58,590 nt of DNA from Gemmatimonadaceae bacterium (lineage in GTDB: Bacteria > Gemmatimonadota > Gemmatimonadetes > Gemmatimonadales > Gemmatimonadaceae): assembly GCA_036556765.1 (NCBI GenBank), contig DATBIU010000008.1, forward strand, positions 1 to 58,590. Direction: 5' to 3'. Under the pieces are notes generated by a model, which was not told the DNA's origin, searched no databases, and saw only the letters and a list, made by a program, of their open reading frames with translations. The position numbers and the translations under genes were made by a program. The first letter of the stretch is position 1, and every line of letters begins with the position of its first letter. Below are positions 35,471 through 45,010 of the stretch, one piece after another.

Positions 35471-37572
35471 GATCGATGCCCGGTCGCGATCACGGTGTTC
35501 CGGATCTCGACGTCGCTCGAGCCGAGCGCGAGCGCGAGAACGGCGCCCACGCCACGGCCCCTCGCCCAATGCAGCGCGAGACCATTGAGTGCCGCGAGCA
35601 TGATCGGTGACTTGGGCGCGAGCCGCGGCCGCCGGAAGAGCCTCGGCCGGGACGAGCCTGCCGCGCGCTCCATCAGCCACTCCAGCACCTCCGTTGTCCG
35701 CACCGAGGCGATCACCGCGATCGCCAGCGAGCTCAGCTCGGCGTCGAGCGTGCCATCGGTGACCCGTCGCTGCAAAATGGCGACCGCCGAGAGGGGACAC
35801 TGCCCAGCCGCCGCCTGGAGTGTCACACGAAGTACGCGCTCGTCGGTGTCCTCGAGGCCCGCGCAGATGGCGCGCTCGCGCGTGGCCGGCGTCCCGAGGA
35901 GAATCCGGATTGCCTCACGACGAACGCGTGCATCGGGGTGCCGCGCATAGGTCGTGCCGAGCTCGACGCTCTGGTCCCCCAGATCGGCGAGGAGCATCAA
36001 CATGTTCCGCACCACGAACCACCGCTCGTCAGGCAGGCGCGCGACGATGACGGTGGCCGCTTCGGGACCGAGCTGGGTGATCAGATCGAGCAGCTTGCGA
36101 CGGATCGCGCGCGACGGCGACGCCTCGAGCGCGTCGAGCAGCGGGTCCGCCGCCGCGAGCTTCAAGCGCGGGACGAGCTGGTCGACCAGGCTGAAATCGA
36201 TCGGGACCTCGCGAAGCGCGGCGCGAAGCTGGTCGGGAGACGCCAGCTGGCGCCACAGTGCCGCGGCCGTGCGACTGCACTCCGGGGCGTTGGCGACCAG
36301 CGTGAACAGGCGGAGCAGCTCTCCTCGTCCAACCATGGCGTCCACCGCCCTGGTCACCGGCTCACCTAACGAATCGAGCTCCAGGCTCATCTGAATGATG
36401 CGCTCCGGCTCGAGGCCGTTCGCCGGCGGGTCGCTGGTGAACAGCGGCGATGCCTTCGCCATGTGCTCGAGCACCACGCGATAGTTGTCGGGATTGGGGT
36501 CGTCGAGCGTCCAGTTGCTGATCAAGCGTTGGACGTGATCGCGCAGCTCGCTCTCGGCGCCTTCGCGCAGCTCGGCCGCCGCACCCTGCTCGGCGTGGGT
36601 GGCGAGCTTGGTGAGCAGACGGACGAGCGAGTGCGAGATCGTCTGCTGTGACGTTTCGGCGGCGGCCTGGACGAGCTCCATCACGGCATCGACCGCCATG
36701 CCCTGGGCGGCATCGAGCATGAAGCGCCGACGCTGCGAGAGGTCGCCGCCCATCTCGAGCAACCGCCGCAGCGTGGAGGAATTCATCGAGCTGACCATCG
36801 TCGAGATGCGCTTCTGAAGCGCGAGCGATTCCGCCCCGCCTTTGCGCTTGAGCTCTTCGGCGATCTGGAGCAGGTAGCCGACGATGACCTGGTCGTACGC
36901 GACCTCGCGGCGGTGCTCGTCGATCGCCTTCGCGACGACGACCGGATCCGTCGACGGAACCTCGCCCGCGGTCTGGGCCGCCGAGTCGACGACCATCGCT
37001 GCGCGTGCGAGCCCAACCCAGAGCTGGGCAGCCCGTGCTCCCCCCTCGCTTTCGCCTTCGCCACCGCCGTTCCCGGCCTGTCCCGACTGCCCGTCGGTCG
37101 CCAGCTCGAGCTGATCGTAGGTGAGCGGGAACGCGCGGATGTGCGCCCACCGGCGGAGCTCCTCGGGGGCGCGCAGGCCTAACGGCGTGACGCTGCGCTC
37201 CGCATCGGCGGCAATCGTCCTCAGCAGATCGGCGACCTCGTCCCGCGCGACGCCACGCAGGAACTTCACGGCGCCGAGGTGGTGCCGATGGAGGCGTTGC
37301 GCGAGATCGCGCAACAGCGAGTTGCTGGCCGCCGTGACGACGCCTTCGATCACCAGCTGCTGCCGCGCGACGCCGAGCGAGAGCGATTCGCGCTCCTGGA
37401 GCAGGCGAATGAGGCGTAGCGCGAGCGCGTCGACCGCCCCACCGAGCAACGGGTGGCCGGGCGGATAGATCGCGTTCTTGTGGAGCGCGATCGAAAGCTC
37501 GATGAGGAAGTCGGCGAGATCGCGCGACAGCGCCGCGCTTTCGCCGGAGGCGGTCGCGTGGGCGTGCGTCAC
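35467..37572 (-). CDS. Large helical-repeat (HEAT-like) protein that shares its N-terminal module with the HD-GYP protein
   Basis: The probable GTG start at 37572 is preceded by AGGAAGGGG. FLIELSIALHKNAIYPPGHPLL resembles FLSAFAQALSTMALYGDGHPAR in the next gene. The C-terminus has HEAT-like repeats (PDARVRREAIRILL). Confidence 0.65.
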   Translation of the reverse strand: MTHAHATASGESAALSRDLADFLIELSIALHKNAIYPPGHPLLGGAVDALALRLIRLLQERESLSLGVARQQLVIEGVVTAASNSLLRDLAQRLHRHHLGAVKFLRGVARDEVADLLRTIAADAERSVTPLGLRAPEELRRWAHIRAFPLTYDQLELATDGQSGQAGNGGGEGESEGGARAAQLWVGLARAAMVVDSAAQTAGEVPSTDPVVVAKAIDEHRREVAYDQVIVGYLLQIAEELKRKGGAESLALQKRISTMVSSMNSSTLRRLLEMGGDLSQRRRFMLDAAQGMAVDAVMELVQAAAETSQQTISHSLVRLLTKLATHAEQGAAAELREGAESELRDHVQRLISNWTLDDPNPDNYRVVLEHMAKASPLFTSDPPANGLEPERIIQMSLELDSLGEPVTRAVDAMVGRGELLRLFTLVANAPECSRTAAALWRQLASPDQLRAALREVPIDFSLVDQLVPRLKLAAADPLLDALEASPSRAIRRKLLDLITQLGPEAATVIVARLPDERWFVVRNMLMLLADLGDQSVELGTTYARHPDARVRREAIRILLGTPATRERAICAGLEDTDERVLRVTLQAAAGQCPLSAVAILQRRVTDGTLDAELSSLAIAVIASVRTTEVLEWLMERAAGSSRPRLFRRPRLAPKSPIMLAALNGLALHWARGRGVGAVLALALGSSDVEIRNTVIATGHRS

Positions 37573-37841
37573 GGCCCCTTCCTGGGGCACGCGGCAAGTG
37601 CGGTCGAACGAGACCGGAGATGGGGTGGGTGCAAGCGCGACGGGATGGAGGCCAGGGTCCCGAAAGAAGGACGAGTGGGCGCACACGCCGTTTCGGTCGC
37701 CGGCGGGTCCGCCGGGGCCTGCAACTCACTGTCGGGCAAGTGATTTAGCCCATGGCACATGCGTTGCCAATCTCACGTCCTTGCCGGCCCTCCCCACCCG
37801 CGCGGCGCGGGGCCCGAGGGTCGCCTAACATGGAGGAGGTC

Positions 37842-38189
37842 ATGGCAGCAGACCGCAAGAAGGGCTCGGGCGGTGGGGGATCACGGGGCGGGGAATCGTC
37901 CCGCGGATCGACCTCGGCCCCGGGGCCGAGCACGCGGCCGGTGAAGGAGGGCCTCGAGGGAAGCATCCTCGAAGGCAACGAGTCGGCGCAGGGGGAGGGG
38001 CAGCGGCGAAGCACCGGCGCCGGATCGGAGGCGACCGAGGGCATTCACGGGGCATCCCCGGGCCACGATACCGCACGTGGCGAGTCGGATCGTCCGGGCT
38101 CCGAGCCCATGGAAGGCTCCGAGCAGCAGCACGTCAGTGGCTACGGCGGAGCCGGCGGCGTCCCGAAGACGAGCTCTGACCAGAGGTAA
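37842..38189 (+). CDS. Small Gly/Ser/Glu-rich, probably disordered protein
   Basis: GGAGGAGG lies directly upstream of the ATG at 37842. Third codon positions are mostly G or C. I recognise no family. Confidence 0.45.
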   Translation: MAADRKKGSGGGGSRGGESSRGSTSAPGPSTRPVKEGLEGSILEGNESAQGEGQRRSTGAGSEATEGIHGASPGHDTARGESDRPGSEPMEGSEQQHVSGYGGAGGVPKTSSDQR

Positions 38190-38291
38190 CCCAGGGCCCA
38201 GGGCCAGGCGCCACGGGCCAGGGGTTGGGTCAAGGGTCTACTGGAGCCCTTGGCCCGACCCCGTGGCCCTTGGCCTCTGACCCTCGGCCCC
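38190..38291. repeat. Class-1 tandem-repeat hairpin (GGGCCAR 7-mers) between convergent genes
   Basis: cccagggcccagggccaggcgccacgggccaggggttgggtcaagggtc faces agcccttggcccgaccccgtggcccttggcctctgaccctcggcccc. Confidence 0.85.
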
Positions 38292-38296
38292 GCTTC

Positions 38297-39589
38297 TTAC
38301 GCCGCGTGGAACTGCTCGGCCTCCGTGGACCCCGCCAGCGCGCCCGTGGACGCCTCGCCCCGCGTCACCGTCATCAGGACGCGATCGAAGTAGCCGGTTC
38401 CCGCCTCACGCTGATGCTTCGTCGCCGTGTAGCCGTCCGCCTCACGAGCGAACTCCTCCTGCTGCACGCGGACGTACGCCGGCATGCCCTCCTCGGCGTA
38501 GGCGCGTGCCAGCTCGAAGGTGTGCAGGTTGATGAGGTGCCACCCGGCGAGCGTGATGAACTGGAACCTGTACCCCATCGCCGAGAGCTCACGCTGGAAC
38601 TTCGCGATCGTCGCCGCATCGAGGTTCCGCGTCCAGTTGAACGACGGCGAGCAGTTGTACGCGAGCATCTTCCCCGGAAACTCGGCGTGGATTCCCTCGG
38701 CGAACCGCTTCGCCTCGTCGAGGTCGGGCGTCGACGTCTCGCACCAGATGAGATCGGCGTAAGGCGCGTACGCGAGCCCGCGCGCGATGGCCGATCCGAG
38801 GCCACCCCGCACGATGTGATACCCCTCCCGCGTGCGATTGCCGGTCACGAACGCGCGGTCGCGCTCGTCCACATCGGACGTGAGCAGCGTCGCCGACAGC
38901 GCGTCCGTGCGCGCGATGATCAGCGTCGGCACGCCCATGACGTCGGCTGCCAGGCGCGCGGAGACGAGCGTGCGGATGAATTGCGACGTGGGGACGAGAA
39001 CCTTCCCGCCCATGTGGCCGCATTTCTTCTCCGCCGCGAGCTGGTCCTCGAAGTGGACGCCCCCGGCCCCGGCCTCGATCATCGCTTTCATGAGCTCGAA
39101 CGCGTGCACCGGGCCGCCGAAGCCCGCTTCGGCATCGGCGACGATCGGCACCATCCACGACGTGTCCGTCTTCCCTTCGCTCCAGTCGATCTGGTCGGCG
39201 CGCATCAGCGCATTGTTCAGCCGCCTGACGAGGGCGGGCACGCTGTTCACCGGATAGATGCTCTGATCGGGATACGTCTGGCCAGCGAGATTTCCGTCGG
39301 CGGCCACCTGCCACCCCGAGAGGTAGATCGCCTGAAGTCCGGCGCGCACCATTTGCACCGCCTGCGTGCCGGTGAGCGCGCCGAACGTGCGCACCAGCTC
39401 CTCGGAGTGCAGCAATTTCCACAGGCGAGTCGCGGCGAGCTTCGCGATCGTCTGCTCCACGCGGACAGATCCGCGGAGCATCACGACATCCTCGGCCGAG
39501 TATTCGCGCCGAATACCAGACCAGCGCGCTTCCTCCCCCCACGCCTCCTCCAGCTCCCGCACCTGCCGCGCAAAGTCAATGGACGTCAT
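38297..39589 (-). CDS. aceA: Isocitrate lyase
   Basis: Contains the KKCGHMGGK signature and SGWQVAAD. About 430 aa from MTSIDFARQ. Confidence 0.95.
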   Translation of the reverse strand: MTSIDFARQVRELEEAWGEEARWSGIRREYSAEDVVMLRGSVRVEQTIAKLAATRLWKLLHSEELVRTFGALTGTQAVQMVRAGLQAIYLSGWQVAADGNLAGQTYPDQSIYPVNSVPALVRRLNNALMRADQIDWSEGKTDTSWMVPIVADAEAGFGGPVHAFELMKAMIEAGAGGVHFEDQLAAEKKCGHMGGKVLVPTSQFIRTLVSARLAADVMGVPTLIIARTDALSATLLTSDVDERDRAFVTGNRTREGYHIVRGGLGSAIARGLAYAPYADLIWCETSTPDLDEAKRFAEGIHAEFPGKMLAYNCSPSFNWTRNLDAATIAKFQRELSAMGYRFQFITLAGWHLINLHTFELARAYAEEGMPAYVRVQQEEFAREADGYTATKHQREAGTGYFDRVLMTVTRGEASTGALAGSTEAEQFHAA

Positions 39590-41213
39590 GACGCCCTCCA
39601 GTCGTGTCCGGCGAGGTTCCAGAGGCACCGTCCTCCAGATAGCGCTCGCCGGGAAGTGTGAGGAACTCCGCGAAGTCGTCTCCGAGCACGAGCTCATCGA
39701 GCAACGTCGCGGCGTCCCGCAACCGCGTGTGTCCCCCTGCCGCGGACAGCGCGGCGATCTCCGCATCGCGCACCCGCTCGTACATCGCCCTCGTGAATCG
39801 CTCACCGTCGACGTCGGCGCCATGTCGCAGCCATTGCCACAACTGCGCGCGCGAGATTTCGGCCGTCGCGGTGTCCTCCATGAGATTGTAGATCGCCACC
39901 GCACCCGAGCCGCGCATCCACGACTCCAGGTACTGAAGAGCGACGCTGACGTTGCCCTTCACCCCGCTCGCCGAGACCGTTCCGCCGGGCACGCGCACAT
40001 CGAGGATCTGCTCGGCCGACACCGACACCTCCGGACGCTGCCGGTCCTTCTGATTCGGCTTCGCGCCCAGCACCCCGTCGAACACGGCCTTCGCGACCGG
40101 GACGAGATCGGGGTGCGCCACCCAGGTGCCGTCGAATCCGTCGCCCGACTCCCGCAGCTTGTCCTCGCGGACCTTCGCGAGCGCGGTCTCGTTGACCTTC
40201 GCGTCGCGACGGCTCGGGACGAAGGCGGCCATTCCACCCATGGCGTGCGCGCCCCGGCGATGGCAGGTCTTCACCAACAGCTCGGTGTACGCCCGCATGA
40301 AGGGCACCGTCATCGTGACCTGACCGCGATCGGGAAGCATCGTCTCGGATCGCAGGCGGAACTTCTTGATCGCGGAGAAGATGTAATCCCAGCGGCCGGC
40401 GTTGAGTCCCGCCGCGTGCTCGCGTAGCTCGTAGAGGATCTCGTCCATCTCGAGCGCGGCGAGAATCGTCTCGATGAGCACCGTCACGCGAATGGTCCCG
40501 CGCGGGATGCCTAACCACTCCTGCGCCGCGACGAACACGTCGTTCCACAGGCGCGCCTCCCGATGCGACTCCATCTTCGGGAGGTAGAAGTACGGTCCCG
40601 TGCCTCGCTCGAGCAGCGCGCGCGCGTTGTGAAAGAGGTACAGCCCGAAATCGAACAGCGACGCGGGTATCGGCTGCCCGTCGACGGTGACGTGACGCTC
40701 GAGGAGATGCCATCCCCGCGGCCGCACGAGCAGCGTCGCGATCGACTCGTTCAACGCGTATGCTTTCCCCTCGGGGCTCGCGAAGGACAGCGTGCGCCGC
40801 ACGGCATCCATCAGGTTGCCCTGTCCGGCGACGACGTTCTCCCACGTGGGAGCGAGCGCATCCTCGAAATCGGCCATGAAGCAGCTCGCGCCCGAGTTGA
40901 GCGCGTTGATCATCATCTTCCGCTCCACCGGCCCGGTAATCTCCACTCGCCGATCCTCGAGATCGCGCGGCGCGAGCGCCACCCGCCACTCGCTGTCGCG
41001 CACACGCGCGGTGTCGGCGAGAAAGCCCGGTGATGTTCCGCCGTCGAGCTCTCGCTGCCGGTCGGCACGCGCCAGAAGGAGCGCCTCACGCGCGGGATTG
41101 AACTCCCGGTGGAGACGCGCGACGAACGCCAGCGCGTCCTCGGTGAGAACCCGCTCGGAGTCGGGCTGATGGCCGCCCGTTACCTGCACGCGCTCCAGCG
41201 CGCGAGCCGTCAT
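39576..41213 (-). CDS. aceB: Malate synthase A
   Basis: About 545 aa, containing [28 protein letters not shown]. It overlaps the aceA start by 14 nt. Confidence 0.9.
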   Translation of the reverse strand: MTARALERVQVTGGHQPDSERVLTEDALAFVARLHREFNPAREALLLARADRQRELDGGTSPGFLADTARVRDSEWRVALAPRDLEDRRVEITGPVERKMMINALNSGASCFMADFEDALAPTWENVVAGQGNLMDAVRRTLSFASPEGKAYALNESIATLLVRPRGWHLLERHVTVDGQPIPASLFDFGLYLFHNARALLERGTGPYFYLPKMESHREARLWNDVFVAAQEWLGIPRGTIRVTVLIETILAALEMDEILYELREHAAGLNAGRWDYIFSAIKKFRLRSETMLPDRGQVTMTVPFMRAYTELLVKTCHRRGAHAMGGMAAFVPSRRDAKVNETALAKVREDKLRESGDGFDGTWVAHPDLVPVAKAVFDGVLGAKPNQKDRQRPEVSVSAEQILDVRVPGGTVSASGVKGNVSVALQYLESWMRGSGAVAIYNLMEDTATAEISRAQLWQWLRHGADVDGERFTRAMYERVRDAEIAALSAAGGHTRLRDAATLLDELVLGDDFAEFLTLPGERYLEDGASGTSPDTTGGRHDVH

Positions 41214-41440
41214 CTGTATCCTCGATTAGGTGTGACGGACCAACTCCGGGGGGTACCCGCTGAGGGGCAAACCATGCGCCAGGTGAAAACCCCGAATCGC
41301 GACCGATGCGCAGCGGTTATGCACGTCCTCGCTGCCTCGACGCGGACCAACGTACGCCATCGGCTGTCGAATGCATGCGACACTCGATCCCGGCGCCGTT
41401 GCTGCGGTGCTCCCGCCGACGGTAGGATTCCAGCTGTTCG

Positions 41441-41516
41441 GAGTCGCGGATGGCCGTCCGCCGTCCGCCGCCCGCAGTCCGAAATCCGCAATCCGCAATC
41501 CGCAATCCGCAATCGG
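41441..41516. repeat. Class-2 7-nt array (GTCCGCC to ATCCGCA, about 8-9 units) with only a one-unit G-rich partner
   Basis: gagtcgcggatgg is followed by gtccgcc gtccgcc gcccgca gtccgaa atccgca x4 atcgg. The array ends 5 nt before the ppc ATG. Confidence 0.8.
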
Positions 41517-41521
41517 CTGAC

Positions 41522-44287
41522 ATGTCCCCCGATACGCGCCCCGAAGACCTCCCCCTCCACGATGACGTCCGGCTGCTCGCCTCTACGCTCGGCGCCGTCA
41601 TCCGCCGTCTGGAGGGCGAGGACGCGTTTCAGGCCGTGGAGGGCTTGCGCCGTGCTTGCCGTGCGCGCCGGCGCGAGGAGCCCAGTGCGCCCGCGCTCGA
41701 CGATCTGCTCGAGCGGGTCGACGCGCTTCCGCTGGATCGCGCCGCGACGGTCGCGCGCGCGTTCACACTCTTCTTCCTGCTCATCAACACCGCCGAACAG
41801 GTGCACCGCGTGCGACGCCGCGATGCGTACCTCGAGCAGGAGATCGCCGAGCCACAGCCGGGATCGTCGCGATGGGTGATGCAGCGACTGCGCGCCGAAG
41901 GACGAACCGCCGCCGAGGTCGCGCAGGCGATGCGCGCGCTCGACGTACGACCTGTGCTGACCGCGCATCCAACCGAATCCACGCGCCGCACGCTGCTCGC
42001 GCTACAGGCACGCGTTGGCGACCTGCTGCTCGCGCATGATCGCGCCCCGGAATGGCGTCAACGGGAGATCGTGGAGGAGATCGAGGCCGAGGTAGAGCTC
42101 CTTTGGCTCACCGCGGAGGTGCAGCGGGACCGTCCTTCCGTGATGGACGAGGTGGGCAACGCCCTCTGGTATCTCGAAGATCGGCTCGTCGCGGCCGCAT
42201 CGCGCGTGCGACAGGAGACGCTGCGAGCGTTCATTGAGGAGTTCGGGCAGCAGCTCGAGGAGTTCGTGCCGATTCGATTCGGCTCATGGGTGGGAGGCGA
42301 TCGTGATGGCAATCCGTACGTCACCCCCGACGTCACCATCGCCGCCGCACGCCGCTCGGCGTACGCCATCCTCGCCGCGTATCGAGCAGCCGTCGAGGGA
42401 TTGGTGGAGCGACTCTCCCTGTCCGATCTGCTCGCCCCGGCGCCGCAGGCGCTCGTCGAGTCGCTCGAGCGTGATCGGGAGGATCTGCCCGAGGTCTGGC
42501 GCGCGAACCGCCGGCGCAACAAGCACGAGCCAGTGCGGCTGAAGCTGTCGTTCGTTGTCGCGCGCCTGGAAGCGACGCGGCGCCTGATCGCGGCGCGCGA
42601 CGCCGGCATCATCACATCCGAGCCGGCGGCGTACGCCGGCGCCGAGCCGCTCGAGCGTGATCTGTTGCTCGTGAGGTCGGCGCTCGACGAGGCGGGCGCC
42701 GCGCGCGCGAGGGAAGCGCAGCTCGATCCGCTGCTGGCGCGCGTCCAGGCGCACGGCCTGCACGGATTCCTCCTCGACGTGCGCGACCACGCCGACGTCC
42801 ATGCCAAAGCGGTCGCTGCGATTGCCGCCAGCGTGGGCCTCGGCGAGCCCACTCTCGATCTTCTGCGAAGCGAGCTGACCGGTCGACGTCCGCTGGTCGG
42901 CGCGCACGTTCCCCTCGATGCCGACACGAAGCGGACGCTCGACGTCTTTCACGTCATGCGCCAGATCCAGCAGGAGCTCGGGGAGGCCGGCGCGTGCACC
43001 TACATCATCTCGATGGCGCAGGGCACCGAGGATTTGCTACGAGTCCTGTTGCTCGCGCGCGAGGCGGGACTGGTCGACCTGGCGGACCAGGCGCCGAAGT
43101 CGGCGATCGACGTCGTTCCGCTGTTCGAGACGCTGGACGACCTGGACCGGGCGCCGACCGTCGTACGTGAGCTGCTCGCTGACCACGTGTATCGTCGGCA
43201 GCTCGAGGCGCGCGGGCGACATCAGGAGATCATGATCGGCTATTCCGACTCCGCGAAGGACGCCGGCCTGCTGCCCGCCGCGTGGGCGCTCTACCGCGCG
43301 CAGGAGGCGCTGGCCGAACTGGCCGACTCGTCAGGCATCGAGCTCACGCTCTTTCACGGACGCGGCGGCACCGTCGGACGTGGCGGCGGATCGCCGGTGT
43401 GGAGGGCGCTGGCCGCCCTTCCGCCCCGCACCGTCCGCGGCCGCATCAAGATCACCGAGCAAGGGGAGATCATCTCGCAGCAGTTCGGCCTGCTGCCGAT
43501 CGCTGAGCGCTCGCTGGAAGTGACCGTCGCCGGCACGTTGATGCACACGTTCGCGGACTGGCGCACGGATCTCGCCCCTGGCGAGGAATCGCGGTTCCGC
43601 GAGATCATGGATCGACTGTCGGCCGAGGCGCTGCCGGTATACCGGACGCTCGTCCACGACGACCCCGCGGTATTCGAGATGCTCCTCCAGACGACTCCGG
43701 TGAAGGAGCTGGCGCACGTGCAGTTCGGGTCGCGTCCGGTGTATCGCGAGGGATCGGCGCAGGGCATGGAGTCCATTCGCGCCATCCCATGGATGTTCGG
43801 ATGGACCCAGATCCGTCTCATGCTGCCGGCATGGCTGGGCGTCGGCACCGCGCTGGAGCGAGCCAGCGCCGAGCCGCGCACGCTCGAGACGCTGCGCCGC
43901 ATGGCGAAGGCGTGGCCGTTCTTCGATGATTTCCTGGGGAAGGTAGAGATGGTCTGCGCGAAGACGGACCTCGAGATCGCGCGCGCCTACGTCACGCATT
44001 TGGGGGGCGACGTCGCGCTGCTCGATCGCCTCTCCGAGGAGTTCCGGCGCACGGTCAGCGCGGTGCTGACCATCCGTCAGGCGCCCGACCTGCTCATGGA
44101 CAACGACGTCCTGCGCTCGTCGATCGCGCTCCGGAACCCTTACGTCGATCCGCTCTCCCTCCTTCAGATTTCGCTGCTGCGGTGCAAGCGGGCCCGATGC
44201 GAGGGCGACGACGGCGCCAAGAAGCTCGACGATGCCATTGGGACGACGCTCAATGGCGTCGCGCAGGGACTCCGAAATACCGGATGA
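41522..44287 (+). CDS. ppc: Phosphoenolpyruvate carboxylase
   Basis: Contains VLTAHPTESTRRT and FHGRGGTVGRGGG, with the C-terminal NTG. Start at MSPDTRPEDLPLHDDV. Confidence 0.95.
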   Translation: MSPDTRPEDLPLHDDVRLLASTLGAVIRRLEGEDAFQAVEGLRRACRARRREEPSAPALDDLLERVDALPLDRAATVARAFTLFFLLINTAEQVHRVRRRDAYLEQEIAEPQPGSSRWVMQRLRAEGRTAAEVAQAMRALDVRPVLTAHPTESTRRTLLALQARVGDLLLAHDRAPEWRQREIVEEIEAEVELLWLTAEVQRDRPSVMDEVGNALWYLEDRLVAAASRVRQETLRAFIEEFGQQLEEFVPIRFGSWVGGDRDGNPYVTPDVTIAAARRSAYAILAAYRAAVEGLVERLSLSDLLAPAPQALVESLERDREDLPEVWRANRRRNKHEPVRLKLSFVVARLEATRRLIAARDAGIITSEPAAYAGAEPLERDLLLVRSALDEAGAARAREAQLDPLLARVQAHGLHGFLLDVRDHADVHAKAVAAIAASVGLGEPTLDLLRSELTGRRPLVGAHVPLDADTKRTLDVFHVMRQIQQELGEAGACTYIISMAQGTEDLLRVLLLAREAGLVDLADQAPKSAIDVVPLFETLDDLDRAPTVVRELLADHVYRRQLEARGRHQEIMIGYSDSAKDAGLLPAAWALYRAQEALAELADSSGIELTLFHGRGGTVGRGGGSPVWRALAALPPRTVRGRIKITEQGEIISQQFGLLPIAERSLEVTVAGTLMHTFADWRTDLAPGEESRFREIMDRLSAEALPVYRTLVHDDPAVFEMLLQTTPVKELAHVQFGSRPVYREGSAQGMESIRAIPWMFGWTQIRLMLPAWLGVGTALERASAEPRTLETLRRMAKAWPFFDDFLGKVEMVCAKTDLEIARAYVTHLGGDVALLDRLSEEFRRTVSAVLTIRQAPDLLMDNDVLRSSIALRNPYVDPLSLLQISLLRCKRARCEGDDGAKKLDDAIGTTLNGVAQGLRNTG

Positions 44288-44300
44288 CGAGCACCGGCTC

Positions 44301-45008
44301 CTACCGACCCAGGTAGACGACGCGCCGCTCGAGGATGCGCGGGCGGACGCCCCACGCCGCCGCCACCCCGCCTAACAACCCGCCCACGTGAGCGGCGTTG
44401 TCGATCATCGGAGTCATCAACCCGGTGGCAACGGTGAACATCGCCCAGGCCGCGATCACGACGCCGATGCGCTTGTCGCGGACCAGGAGCTCGTGATGAT
44501 GCTTCCAGAAGAGCACCATCACCGCCCCCATGAGCCCGAAGATCGCGCCCGATGCACCCACGGACGGGCCGGGACTCAGCGCCACGCTGCACAGGGAGCC
44601 CGCGACGCCGGCGGTGACGTAGATGCCCACCATCCGACGGGTGCCGTAGCCGTGCTCGCACGCCATTCCCAGGATGTAGAGGGAGATCGCGTTGCCGACG
44701 AGGTGCTCGAGATTCCCGTGGAGCACGGTCGCCGACAGAATGCGCCACCACTCGCCACGGGCGACTTCATCGCGCACGAGCGCGCCTGCGGCGACGATCC
44801 CCTCGCGACTCAGTAGCGCCCCAGTCGACAGCTGCCAGGCGAAGATGGCGCCGAGCGTGATGATCAGCAGCAGCGTCGCCGGCGGCGCGTAGCTCATCCC
44901 TCGCTCGAAGTCGACGCGCGTGTCCACCCGGCGCGGCGGCTCGAGCATGTCCGCGGTGATGCGAATCGGCTTCTGCTCCGCGGGCGGGACGCCCTCCACC
45001 CCGCTCAC
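44301..45008 (-). CDS. Rhomboid-family intramembrane serine protease
   Basis: Contains WRILSATVLHGNLEHL, GASGAIFG (catalytic Ser) and AHVGGLLGG (catalytic His). Confidence 0.85.
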   Translation of the reverse strand: MSGVEGVPPAEQKPIRITADMLEPPRRVDTRVDFERGMSYAPPATLLLIITLGAIFAWQLSTGALLSREGIVAAGALVRDEVARGEWWRILSATVLHGNLEHLVGNAISLYILGMACEHGYGTRRMVGIYVTAGVAGSLCSVALSPGPSVGASGAIFGLMGAVMVLFWKHHHELLVRDKRIGVVIAAWAMFTVATGLMTPMIDNAAHVGGLLGGVAAAWGVRPRILERRVVYLGR

Positions 45009-45010
45009 CG

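Noticed and set aside
41214-41440. The upstream part of the aceB-ppc intergenic region was considered for a small ORF or ncRNA.
   Set aside because: The only ORFs there are shadow frames that run into ppc or aceB. I saw no stable structure or conserved motif.
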